Origin: a virus | Lineage: Duplodnaviria > Heunggongvirae > Uroviricota > Caudoviricetes | IMG/VR virus record: IMGVR_UViG_2531839528_000015 | Direction: 5' to 3' (one strand) | Length of the DNA: 32,429 bases | Shown here: piece after piece, positions 8,470 through 17,184 of the stretch | Numbering within the stretch: the stretch's first letter is position 1 | Layout of the letters: every line of letters starts with the position of its first letter | Program-made: the position numbers and the translations under genes | Notes under the pieces: model-generated | The model's input: only the letters and a program-made list of their open reading frames with translations | The model's database searches: none | What the model was told of the DNA's origin: nothing

Positions 8470-8534
8470 AACGCCGCCGGTGCTGAAACTTGCTTTCAGT
8501 GCTGGCGGGGTTGAACAACTCGCACCGCGAGGCG
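8470..8534 (+). repeat. 65-bp stem-loop repeat, copy 1
   Basis: aacgccgccggtgctgaaacttgctttcagtgctggcggggttgaacaactcgcaccgcgaggcg. Begins 3 nt after the DinI-like stop. A 15-bp stem forms only as + strand RNA because it uses G-U pairs. Confidence 0.7.
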
Positions 8535-8662
8535 CTAGTTCTTCCTCTCAAAGTTTCTCGATGTTTTATTGGTTACACACCAGTGATGAATGGGACGTTA
8601 CCTTAGCGGGTTTTATAGTGGCGCTGTGGCAGCGCTAAATAAAATTCATTGAGGGCGATAAT

Positions 8663-8872
8663 ATGCATCGACTACCGGGCGAAATTCCGCAGCACAAAAC
8701 TAAAAGCATCAAACTGATGGCCATCGTTCATCGTCTGCAGCAGATAATGGTCAATGAGAATTTGACACCCGCCGAGCTGGTCGGGTGTGCCGAAATAGTC
8801 AGGGATAATTACGGCAAGCTGGATAGCATCAGCAAGCCGACACATTACTCACCGCCACCACGTCGACCATAG
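8663..8872 (+). CDS. Hypothetical small protein (cassette between the two repeats)
   Basis: 69-aa ORF with GAGGG seven nt upstream of the ATG. Confidence 0.45.
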   Translation: MHRLPGEIPQHKTKSIKLMAIVHRLQQIMVNENLTPAELVGCAEIVRDNYGKLDSISKPTHYSPPPRRP

Positions 8873-8874
8873 AT

Positions 8875-8939
8875 AACGCCGCCGGAGCTGAAACTCGCTT
8901 TCAGGTCTGGCGGGGTTGAACAACGAGCTACGCGAGGCG
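8875..8939 (+). repeat. 65-bp stem-loop repeat, copy 2
   Basis: aacgccgccggagctgaaactcgctttcaggtctggcggggttgaacaacgagctacgcgaggcg. Differs from copy 1 at about 8 of 65 positions and begins 3 nt after the stop of the 69-aa ORF. Confidence 0.7.
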
Positions 8940-9005
8940 TTAGCCGGTCATAGCGTCGCAAATACTTCAACCGTCTGCTGGTTAAATAATTCGAGGTTTT
9001 TGGAC

Positions 9006-9200
9006 ATGCAAAATCCCCTTTCATCGAAAAATGACCCGTTTGCCGATTGGGCAAAGAATCTGACTTTAATGGCTTTAAATAACGACCTGAGCTCTCGCGA
9101 GGTGGAAAGCTACACCGCAAAAATGGTCGGGCAGGCCGGTAAAGATGAGCTATCAGTCGTTATCAAACACCTGTTAAATCACATCAGAATGCGCAAATAA
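9006..9200 (+). CDS. Hypothetical small protein
   Basis: Track ORF 8916..9200 starts inside repeat 2. The internal ATG at 9006 with GAGG upstream is more plausible (MQNPLSSKNDPFADWAKNL...). Confidence 0.4.
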   Translation: MQNPLSSKNDPFADWAKNLTLMALNNDLSSREVESYTAKMVGQAGKDELSVVIKHLLNHIRMRK

Positions 9201-9216
9201 GAGGAACTATATAAAT

Positions 9217-9318
9217 ATGTTATCTCTCGTTTATGAAAATCCGTGGACGACGATTTTTCTGATGATTGTTGCCAGCATGTGCCTCAACAGTGTTATTGGC
9301 GCATTGCGCGGCCATTAA
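9217..9318 (+). CDS. Putative 33-aa hydrophobic peptide
   Basis: Translates to MLSLVYENPWTTIFLMIVASMCLNSVIGALRGH, with GAGGA upstream. One predicted transmembrane helix. The terminator follows directly. Too short for the ORF track. Confidence 0.3.
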   Translation: MLSLVYENPWTTIFLMIVASMCLNSVIGALRGH

Positions 9319-9338
9319 TCGCGACAAAACCAGACTAA

Positions 9339-9366
9339 AACCGGCACCCTGAATGCCGGTTTTTTT
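9339..9366 (+). terminator. Rho-independent terminator ending the rightward early/SOS transcription before cos
   Basis: aaccggca-ccctgaa-tgccggtt followed by a six-T run. Confidence 0.7.
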
Positions 9367-9526
9367 ATGCCATTTTTCCGCGAATTTCCCGTTTTTTAGT
9401 CGTGCATGCATCAGGTGCATGGTTTTGCATGCGTCAGTCTTGCCCGTTCTGTCCGTGCGCCGCCAGAGCTAGCGCGGATCCAGAGTTGTCATGCAACTGC
9501 ATTAAAACCGCCCCATAAAGCGGGCA

Positions 9527-9545
9527 GGCGTGGCGGGGAAAGCAT
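9527..9545. other. cos site (19-nt cohesive-end sequence, P2/186 type)
   Basis: ggcgtggcggggaaagcat matches the P2/186 cohesive-end sequence as I remember it (P2: GGCGAGGCGGGGAAAGCAC). It lies in a roughly 400-bp noncoding stretch. Confidence 0.6.
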
Positions 9546-9764
9546 TGCGCGCCAGCAGTGATGCGTAATAATAAAAATTATCCTCTGAGCGCGTCGTGAT
9601 GGCGCTGTCGTGGTCGCTGCTGGTTCGTTGGTGGTCGAGTGTGTTCGTGCGCGTGAGACGCATCTGATGCGTGATGGTGGTGTGCATGGAAAAGCCACCA
9701 GGAGCAGCGGCTTTACAGGAGTGGCAGGATTCAAACTGCTAATTATGTTTCTACTATGATTAAA

Positions 9765-10769
9765 CTAATTTACATGTATGTAGAGTTCACCGTCGCCAGA
9801 CCAATCGGGACACTCTAAAACAAGCCCAAACTGCTTGAATATTTCATCAATGATTATTGTTATCTCCCGAAAATCACCAAAACCTGTAATGTGCTGGTCA
9901 TTAAACTTCCCATAAAGATTCTGAAAAGCAATGCCTAATTCTGATAATTGATATCTTATCTTTGAGTTGGATAGTGTAAGGGATAGCTTTGGATCGTATT
10001 CTTTAATATTGATGTTTAGAGAATGGACATAACCCATCGCATAAGCATAAGAGTTGATGATTAGCCTGATACGTTTTTTTACTTCAAGATACATGTCATT
10101 CAGAGAAATATTACCGTACTTATAACCCCAGATGAGTTTTTCAATCTCGTCAGATACTTCATTTACAACAGTGTCAAGATTCTCTAAAAATAAATCGACA
10201 GTTTCTTGAGGGGCAGACCCCGAAGACATGTAATTAGCGAGATATTCAGACCATGCACGCGTGGCTGAGATAAGAAGCGCGCTACCATACTCGTTGACTG
10301 TAAAGTTTTGGGCTAAGCATGTTAGTAAGTTTTTTTCATGTACGTGCACTAATTCATGGTGAATGCGATGGATGACTGCGAGGTATCCTTCTTCTTTCAG
10401 TTTTAAGAAGCTACCATCATTGAAAAGCTCAACAAAAAAATCAATCGATAGCACAAGGGTATATTCTTCATATAGCCCATCATTGCCAATTTTTGTTACT
10501 AACTGCCCGACGGCTGCGCCCTGTTTGCTATTGGTAAATGAACTAGGGGATTTGTGTTGGTAAGAGGATGTTACCTTTTGAAGAGCTTCACTGAAGTTAT
10601 AGGAAACAATCACGCATTTTAATTTGGAGATATCAAGATTGAGATTCTTTGTTAAAGCTCGGATAGCTTCTAGTGTGAAATTACCGATATTATTTGCTTC
10701 TTGCTCAGTAGCGAAACCTTCGAGGGTTATTTTAAAATCAGTTTCCAAAATATTAATCTCCGCGCCCAT
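9765..10769 (-). CDS. Hypothetical AT-rich 334-aa protein with an HExxH motif, between cos and Q (candidate defence or exclusion cargo)
   Basis: ATG at 10767-10769. Asn/Ile/Leu/Glu-rich translation. HRIHHELVHVHE at residues 134-145 (nt 10344-10358). No Walker A motif and no transmembrane segment seen. Confidence 0.7.
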   Translation of the reverse strand: MGAEINILETDFKITLEGFATEQEANNIGNFTLEAIRALTKNLNLDISKLKCVIVSYNFSEALQKVTSSYQHKSPSSFTNSKQGAAVGQLVTKIGNDGLYEEYTLVLSIDFFVELFNDGSFLKLKEEGYLAVIHRIHHELVHVHEKNLLTCLAQNFTVNEYGSALLISATRAWSEYLANYMSSGSAPQETVDLFLENLDTVVNEVSDEIEKLIWGYKYGNISLNDMYLEVKKRIRLIINSYAYAMGYVHSLNINIKEYDPKLSLTLSNSKIRYQLSELGIAFQNLYGKFNDQHITGFGDFREITIIIDEIFKQFGLVLECPDWSGDGELYIHVN

Positions 10770-10787
10770 TGTTTTGATATTCGATGC

Positions 10788-10816
10788 ACTATAGCTTTCG
10801 CAGATTGCATCTTCAA
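10788..10816 (-). promoter_or_regulatory. Candidate sigma70 promoter for the 334-aa gene
   Basis: On the minus strand: -35 TTGAAG (complement of 10811-10816), 17-bp spacer, -10 TATAGT (complement of 10788-10793). It lies in the 78-bp gap below the Q stop. Confidence 0.4.
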
Positions 10817-10846
10817 TAATGAGCGCAGAGATTGTGGCGGCCTAAG

Positions 10847-11893
10847 TTATTCTGGGTTGTCGAGGGTGTACTCTTTGAATCTGATGACCTCCATGCCGAG
10901 CCAGTCATTTACCTCCCTGAACCTGTCCTGTAGCGGCGACAGCTCGTTGCGCACAAATACCTTTGCCACCTTCTCAACATCACCGAGTGAACCGATATTC
11001 TCGGGCTTGCCGCCCATGAGCTGGAACGGTACGCGGTGCGCGTCCATCAGATCGGCGGCACTGGCCTTCTTGATGTTGAAAAAGTCATCCTTTGTGGCGA
11101 CCTCGCTCAGTGGCACGATTTTGATGCCGTCCGGTTTTCCGCCGGGAGCGTAGAAAAACAGGTTCTTAAAGTTGCCGAGCCCTTTTGAGTTGCGCATCGC
11201 CTCGCGCAGCGATTCGACGTCGGTCGCGCTCTGCGCCGGGTCAGTCACATACATGATGTAGCCTGCGTGCGCGCCGTTCTGATAATACTTGCGGCGGAAC
11301 AGCGTCGCGGATTCATTCAGCCAAGCGGAATTAAGCGCGCTGAGATATTCCGGCAGACCGTAAATCTCCTGATTAATGTCGGGCTCCAGCAGGTGAAACA
11401 CGGTATCAGGCGCGAACTCGTGCGGCTGGGTGAAGTTTTCCACAAACCAGAAAATCGAATCGTCGACTCCGCGTCGGGTGTATTTGGCTGGCGAGGCCAG
11501 CAGTTTGATTAACTGGCCGGTGACGCTGTGGCGCTGCTCAAGAAAGGCGTTACCGAACACCAGATAATCGAGCGCAAAGCGGCTGAAATCCTGACGGGAT
11601 AACAACGGGTGCGGAATGTAGGTGCTCGCGAGCACGTTACGCTTAACATAAATTGGCGAGCTGTGATGCACGGCAGAGCGCAGGCTCTTTGCCAGCCCTG
11701 AGAAGCTGACCGGCGGCTCGTACCATTTGCCGTTACTGATGCACTCGACGTAATCCAGAATGTCGCGCTTATCGAGTACCGGCACCGGCTCGCCGAAGGT
11801 GAACGCTGTCGTTTTTGGCGGTGCGCTGGCGGTCAGTTGTTGTGGTTTGCTGGCCTTTTGTGCGTTGGCTTTACGGGATTTTTGTTTACCCAT
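10847..11893 (-). CDS. Q: Portal protein (P2 gpQ-like)
   Basis: 348 aa, the size and position of P2 Q, adjacent to and co-oriented with the large terminase. Confidence 0.9.
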   Translation of the reverse strand: MGKQKSRKANAQKASKPQQLTASAPPKTTAFTFGEPVPVLDKRDILDYVECISNGKWYEPPVSFSGLAKSLRSAVHHSSPIYVKRNVLASTYIPHPLLSRQDFSRFALDYLVFGNAFLEQRHSVTGQLIKLLASPAKYTRRGVDDSIFWFVENFTQPHEFAPDTVFHLLEPDINQEIYGLPEYLSALNSAWLNESATLFRRKYYQNGAHAGYIMYVTDPAQSATDVESLREAMRNSKGLGNFKNLFFYAPGGKPDGIKIVPLSEVATKDDFFNIKKASAADLMDAHRVPFQLMGGKPENIGSLGDVEKVAKVFVRNELSPLQDRFREVNDWLGMEVIRFKEYTLDNPE

Positions 11894-11894
11894 T

Positions 11895-13664
11895 TTAGTT
11901 GAACTCCAGAATAGATTTAGGCTGCATGCCGCTACCGGCAGAAAGCGGTTCGTTTAACAGGGCGTGCATGGTCGCCCATGCGATATCGGCGTGGCTGGCT
12001 TCCTCGGTGCGGCTGGCCTCATAGGTGGCGCAGCGCCCGCTGCTGGTCATGGTTTTGCGGATGGACATAAACGACTGCGTGACGTCGGTTGCTCCGGCGT
12101 CGTACTCCAGACAGCCACGGCGAATGGTGTCTTTCGCCTTGAGTACCATTGCGGTTTTCATTTCAGGTGTGTAACGGATGCCGCGTGCCGCCGGGTAAAA
12201 TGAGCGCACCAGCTGGAACACGCCGAGACCGAGGCCGGTTGCGTCAATGCCGATGTATTCGACGTTGTATTTCTCGGTCAGCTTGCGGATGCCCTCTGCC
12301 TGTGCTGCAAAATCCATGCCCTTCCACTGGTGGCGCTCCAGCATGCGGAACTTGCCACCAGAGACCACCGGCGGCGCGAGCACGACGCACCCGGCACTGT
12401 CGCCGGTGTGTGACGGGTCGTAGCCAATCCAGACAGGACGAGAGCCGAACGGATGGTCGGCGAACGGGGCAAAGTCCTCCCATTCCTCCATCACATCGAC
12501 CATGCAGCGCTGCAGCTCCTCGAACGGGAATACCGACGCTTTATCGTCGACAAACTCGCACATAAACAGGTTCTTAAAGTCCTCATCACTGTTTTCGCGT
12601 TTGAGCTGGTCGAGGTCGAACAGGGTGCAGCCACCCGCAAGGGCGTCCTCAATGGTGACAATCTGCCGCCACTGGCCATCGTCGCAGAGCTGGCCACCGG
12701 CGAGCGCGCTGTGACTGATGTCGATTTCGATGCGGTCGGCAATCCGGCTGCGCCCCTTGTTGAACAGCTCGCCAGACCAGAAGGGGTAAGCGCCGTGCGC
12801 CAGCGTGGAAGGTGTCGAAAAATAGGTCGAGCGCAGGTGCTTTTGCGAGGCCATGCCCGAGGCGACTTTGCGCAGTTTCTGAAAATTCGGGATCCAGAAT
12901 ATTTCATCGACATACAGATCGCCGTTATGGCTCTGCGCGGTGTTGGAATTGGTACCGAGAAAAATCAGTTTTGCGCCGTTGTTACCGATGACAATCGGGT
13001 CGCCAGTCAGGTCAACGTCGACCAGTCGCGCAAACTGGATGATGTATTCGCGGAACACGTAAGCCTGCGTTTTACTGGCTGATAAAAATATCTGGTTATG
13101 GCCGGTTTTGAGTGCGCGCAGCAGTGCCTCGCGGGAGAAATAGAATGTCGCGCCAATCTGGCGGGATTTGAGAATGTCACGAATACGGTGCTCCAGTCCT
13201 GCGCGGTACCACTGCAACTGGTACTCGAAAGACTGGTCGAAAAATAATTCCTCTAGTTTATCGATAGCCTCGTCGCTGAAAAAATTCTTTTTCGGCTTTT
13301 TGCGCTCCCCTTTGTTGCGGTTGGCGACGTTGGGGTTAAGGTCGGCTTCGTTGCCGGTCTGGCTGTAGCGGTTGACTCGCGCCAACCGTTCAATCTGCCG
13401 TCCGAGCAGGTCAATCTCTTTGAAATCACCCCCTGTCTTTTGCGGCTTGGCGATGAGCTGAATCAGCCTGGCCTCAAGGCTGCTTTCAACGCGGGAAATC
13501 GGCGCGATGCCGTCCCAGCCGTCGCGCTGCTTCCAGCTCTGCACGGTCGGGCGCTTGACCTGCAGCATTTCGGCAATCTGTGGCACGGAAAAACCCTGCC
13601 AGTAAAGCAGCGATGCCTGCCGTCGCGGGTCATGCAACAAGGTTGTATCGGTGGAAATGGTCAT
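11895..13664 (-). CDS. P: Terminase large subunit (P2 gpP-like)
   Basis: 589 aa, the size and position of P2 P, divergent from the capsid operon. Confidence 0.9.
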   Translation of the reverse strand: MTISTDTTLLHDPRRQASLLYWQGFSVPQIAEMLQVKRPTVQSWKQRDGWDGIAPISRVESSLEARLIQLIAKPQKTGGDFKEIDLLGRQIERLARVNRYSQTGNEADLNPNVANRNKGERKKPKKNFFSDEAIDKLEELFFDQSFEYQLQWYRAGLEHRIRDILKSRQIGATFYFSREALLRALKTGHNQIFLSASKTQAYVFREYIIQFARLVDVDLTGDPIVIGNNGAKLIFLGTNSNTAQSHNGDLYVDEIFWIPNFQKLRKVASGMASQKHLRSTYFSTPSTLAHGAYPFWSGELFNKGRSRIADRIEIDISHSALAGGQLCDDGQWRQIVTIEDALAGGCTLFDLDQLKRENSDEDFKNLFMCEFVDDKASVFPFEELQRCMVDVMEEWEDFAPFADHPFGSRPVWIGYDPSHTGDSAGCVVLAPPVVSGGKFRMLERHQWKGMDFAAQAEGIRKLTEKYNVEYIGIDATGLGLGVFQLVRSFYPAARGIRYTPEMKTAMVLKAKDTIRRGCLEYDAGATDVTQSFMSIRKTMTSSGRCATYEASRTEEASHADIAWATMHALLNEPLSAGSGMQPKSILEFN

Positions 13665-13829
13665 TGATGCCTCGCCGTAGTGGATTCAGGGCAAGGCTAC
13701 TTAATGGCCGTCAGTGATTCGCTAAGGTGCTGTTGTGTGGACGGTTGTCCAGTCGTCATTGGTGGTCTGGCGTGTCCTGAGTCTGGAAACTGGCGGTGAC
13801 CAGTAACCTCAACCTCAGGACTCCTGACA

Positions 13830-14684
13830 ATGGCAAAAAAAGTCTCAAAATTCTTTCGCATCGGCGTCGAGGGTGACACCTGCGACGGCCGCATTATCAG
13901 CGGCAACGATATTCAGGAAATGGCCGAATCGTTTGACCCTCGCGTCTACGGTTGCCGCATTAACCTTGAGCATATTCGCGGTCTCTTTCCTGATGGCGAC
14001 TTCAAACGCTTAGGCGATGTGGTTGAACTGAAAGCTGAAATAATTGACGACGATTCTGCGCTTAACGGCAAATGGGCGTTGTTCGCCAGAATCACCCCAA
14101 CCGACGACCTGATTGCGATGAATAAAAAATTGCAGAAGGTCTACACCTCAATGGAAATTCAGCCGAATTTTGCCAATACCGGCAAATGCTACCTCGTCGG
14201 CCTTGCTGTCACCGATGACCCGGCGAGCCTCGGCACTGAATACCTCGAATTCTGCCGCAACGCGAAGCACAACCCGCTGCAGCGCTTTAAGACCAACCCT
14301 GAAAACGTCTTTTCCGCTGCCACTCTGGCCGAGCTGGAGTTTGAAGACGTTCCCGACACGGTGCTCAACAGCCTGGCCGATAAGGTGAAAGCCATTTTCA
14401 GCCGTAAGCAGGTCAGCGACGATGCGCGCCTGAATGATGTGCATGAAGCGGTGACCACCGTCAGCGAACATGTGCAAACCAACCTGACAAAACAGGACGA
14501 GCGCCTTTCCGCTATGGAAACCGCGTTTGCCACTTTCAAACAGGAACTGACCGGCAAGGTTGAAGAAACCAGCCAGGCATTTTCCGACCTGAAAACCACC
14601 CTCGATAAAACCGAAAGTTTCAGCCAGCCGCGACGCACGAAAGCCAGCGGCGGTGGTGGCGATGAGCTGCTGACCGACTGCTGA
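13830..14684 (+). CDS. O: Capsid scaffolding protein (P2 gpO-like)
   Basis: 284 aa, begins MAKKVSKFFRIGVEGDTCDGR, first gene of the capsid operon. Confidence 0.9.
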   Translation: MAKKVSKFFRIGVEGDTCDGRIISGNDIQEMAESFDPRVYGCRINLEHIRGLFPDGDFKRLGDVVELKAEIIDDDSALNGKWALFARITPTDDLIAMNKKLQKVYTSMEIQPNFANTGKCYLVGLAVTDDPASLGTEYLEFCRNAKHNPLQRFKTNPENVFSAATLAELEFEDVPDTVLNSLADKVKAIFSRKQVSDDARLNDVHEAVTTVSEHVQTNLTKQDERLSAMETAFATFKQELTGKVEETSQAFSDLKTTLDKTESFSQPRRTKASGGGGDELLTDC

Positions 14685-14760
14685 TAAACCGCAGACCAGA
14701 AACCGGGCGGCATCCCCGCCCGATGCAGTGACTAACCGATAAATTCAAACAGGAAATACT

Positions 14761-15828
14761 ATGCGCCCGGATACCCGTTTTAAGTTCAATGCCTATCTGA
14801 CCCGCGTCGCTGAGCTAAACGGCATCAGCACTGATGACGTCAGTAAAAAATTCACCGTCGAGCCGTCCGTCACGCAAACACTGATGAACAAAGTGCAGGA
14901 GTCATCCGCGTTTCTGCAGACGATTAATATTCTGCCGGTCGCAGAAATGAAGGGTGAGAAAATCGGCGTCGGTGTGACCGGTACTATCGCCAGCACGACC
15001 GACACCTCGGGCGATGATGAGCGTAAGACCGCCGACTTCACCGCGCTTGAGTCCAACAAGTACGAGTGCGACCAAATTAATTTTGACTTCCATCTGAAAT
15101 ATAAAACCCTCGACCTGTGGGCGCGTTTTCAGGACTTCCAGCGCCGCATCCGCGACGCCATTGTCAAACGTCAGGCACTGGATTTCATCATGGCCGGTTT
15201 TAACGGTACCACCCGCGCCGCCACCTCTGACCGCACCAAAAATCCGATGCTGCAGGATGTGGCCGTCGGCTGGCTGCAGAAATACCGCAATGAAGCCCCG
15301 ACGCGCGTGATGAGCAACATCACCGACGCTGACGGTAAGGTCGTTTCAGCAGTGATTCGTGTAGGTCGAAACGGCGACTATGAGAACCTCGACGCGCTGG
15401 TGATGGACGCCACCAACAACCTGATTGACGAGGTTTATCAGGATGACCCGAAACTCGTTGCCATCGTTGGCCGTAAGCTGCTGGCCGACAAATATTTCCC
15501 GCTGGTGAACAAGCCGCAGGAAAACAGCGAGGCGCTTGCGGCAGATATCATCATCAGCCAGAAGCGAATCGGCAACCTGCCTGCTGTGCGTGTGCCGTAC
15601 TTCCCGGCGAATGCCGTGTTAGTGACCACGCTGGAAAACCTATCTATCTATTTCATGGATGAGAGTCACCGCCGCAGCATTGATGAAAACCCGAAAAAAG
15701 ACCGCGTTGAAAACTACGAGTCGATGAATATCGACTATGTGGTCGAGGCGTATGCCGCCGGGTGCCTGCTGGAAAACATCACCCTGGGCGATTTCACCGC
15801 ACCTGCAGCACCGGAAAGCGGAGCCTAA
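14761..15828 (+). CDS. N: Major capsid protein (P2 gpN-like)
   Basis: 355 aa, begins MRPDTRFKFNAYLTRVAELNG with VEPSVTQTLMN. Confidence 0.9.
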   Translation: MRPDTRFKFNAYLTRVAELNGISTDDVSKKFTVEPSVTQTLMNKVQESSAFLQTINILPVAEMKGEKIGVGVTGTIASTTDTSGDDERKTADFTALESNKYECDQINFDFHLKYKTLDLWARFQDFQRRIRDAIVKRQALDFIMAGFNGTTRAATSDRTKNPMLQDVAVGWLQKYRNEAPTRVMSNITDADGKVVSAVIRVGRNGDYENLDALVMDATNNLIDEVYQDDPKLVAIVGRKLLADKYFPLVNKPQENSEALAADIIISQKRIGNLPAVRVPYFPANAVLVTTLENLSIYFMDESHRRSIDENPKKDRVENYESMNIDYVVEAYAAGCLLENITLGDFTAPAAPESGA

Positions 15829-15831
15829 ACC

Positions 15832-16581
15832 ATGACGAGCCCCGCACAGCGTCACATGATGCGGGTCTCGGCCTCTCAAGCCGCGCAGCGGGAGCAAGCC
15901 CCGCTGCGCCATGCAACCGCCTATGAGCAGATGCTGGTTAAGCTGGCCGATGACCGCCGCACGTTAAAAAACATCCGTTCAAACGAACGTAAAGCCGAGA
16001 AAAAGCGCGAGCTGCTGCCGTTCTATGCGCCGTGGGTCGCCGGTGTGCTGGCTGATGGCCGTGGTGCGCAGGATGACATTGTCATGACCGTCATGCTGTG
16101 GCGTCTCGATGCCGGTGATATCGCTGGCGCGCTGGAAATTGCCCCGTACGCGCTGAAATACGGCCTCACCTCTGACCACCGCCGCACAACACCTTACATG
16201 CTGGTTGAGGAAGTGGCGCTTGCTGCGCAGCGCCTGCGCGATGCCGGTGAGTCTGTCGACCTTTCCTGGCTGCAGACCACTATCGACCTGACCGACGGCG
16301 CTGACGTTCCCGATATGGTGCGCGCCCGTCTGCATAAGGTGACAGGCCTGACCCTGCGTGATGCCGGTATGAATGCAGAGGCGCTGGCGCAGTTTCAGCG
16401 CGCGATGCAGCTCGACCGCAATGCCGGTGTGCGCAAGGAGATTGAGCGACTGGAACGGGCATTGAAGCCAAAGCCAGAGGCCGCGCCCCGTAAAACGACT
16501 AAACCGCGCACGCGCAAACCTGCCAACAAACCGGCGGCAAAGCGCGGGCGTCCACCAAAGGCGGTAAAAACCGCCGGTTAA
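15832..16581 (+). CDS. M: Terminase small (endonuclease) subunit (P2 gpM-like)
   Basis: 249 aa with a basic Lys/Arg/Pro-rich C-terminus, positioned after N. Confidence 0.85.
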   Translation: MTSPAQRHMMRVSASQAAQREQAPLRHATAYEQMLVKLADDRRTLKNIRSNERKAEKKRELLPFYAPWVAGVLADGRGAQDDIVMTVMLWRLDAGDIAGALEIAPYALKYGLTSDHRRTTPYMLVEEVALAAQRLRDAGESVDLSWLQTTIDLTDGADVPDMVRARLHKVTGLTLRDAGMNAEALAQFQRAMQLDRNAGVRKEIERLERALKPKPEAAPRKTTKPRTRKPANKPAAKRGRPPKAVKTAG

Positions 16582-16674
16582 CTGAACGCTCCCCGAGCCG
16601 GGCGGCACGCCGGTCAAAGCAGGTTTTAACCCTGACGGCGACCGGCGTCCACCGCCCAACCTAATGAGGTTGTC

Positions 16675-17184
16675 ATGACGACAGTAATACTGAATCAGCC
16701 CGACGAACCGCAGGACGTACCGGGCGTGGTGATTCCCGCACCGGAGACGGGCGACGCAGTGATTAAAAACACGTTCTTTTTCCCTGATGTGGATCCGAAG
16801 CGGGTGCGCGAACTGATGCGCCTTGAGCAGACGGTTTCCGATGCGCGCCTGCGCAACGCCATCAAGACCGGCATGGCGGAAACCAATGCGGAGCTTTACG
16901 ACTACCGGCTGCGCCAGATTGCCGCAGGGTTTAAGACACTGGCCGACGTGCCTGACGCCGAGGAAATCGACGGCGAGAATGTGCGCGTTTTCCACTACCT
17001 CAGCGCCGTGACGGCGATGGCGACCGCCACCCTGTATGAGCGTTATCGCGGGGTTGAGGCCACGGGCAAGGGTGACAAAAAAGCCGACAGCGTCGAAACC
17101 ACCATTGATGACCTGTGGCGGGATATGCGCTGGTCGGTCTCGCGTCTGCAGGACAAGCCGCGCTGCATCGTGGGTCAGCTCTGA
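16675..17184 (+). CDS. L: Head completion protein (P2 gpL-like)
   Basis: 169 aa. Its stop overlaps the X start in ATGA. Confidence 0.85.
   Translation: MTTVILNQPDEPQDVPGVVIPAPETGDAVIKNTFFFPDVDPKRVRELMRLEQTVSDARLRNAIKTGMAETNAELYDYRLRQIAAGFKTLADVPDAEEIDGENVRVFHYLSAVTAMATATLYERYRGVEATGKGDKKADSVETTIDDLWRDMRWSVSRLQDKPRCIVGQL

Noticed and set aside
8470-8939. Repeated sequence considered as a CRISPR array.
   Set aside because: There are only two copies, 65 bp long, about 405 bp apart, with protein-coding sequence between them and no cas genes.
9489-9734. ORFs of 81 and 61 aa on the minus strand across the cos region.
   Set aside because: They span the cos 19-mer in GC-rich noncoding DNA, are Pro/Arg/Thr-rich, and have no start-site signals.
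9765-10769. Whether the 334-aa cargo protein is a homologue of P2 Old or Tin.
   Set aside because: It has no Walker A motif, so it is unlikely to be an Old-type ATPase-nuclease. I cannot recall the Tin sequence well enough to test that, so the gene is left as unknown.
13665-13829. Looked for TGT-N12-ACA late-promoter dyads in the divergent P/O intergenic region.
   Set aside because: No ACA partner is present at the right spacing. Only a short TGGAC-GGTT-GTCCA palindrome was seen, which is insufficient to call.
15979-16995. Long antisense ORFs inside structural genes (for example 15979-16995, 18665-19237, 20771-21568, 22653-23309, 28278-28826, 12453-13082, 7517-8098).
   Set aside because: They overlap confidently identified P2-like genes on the opposite strand, have Arg/Ala/Gly-rich low-complexity translations typical of GC-rich antisense frames, and show no ribosome-binding sites.
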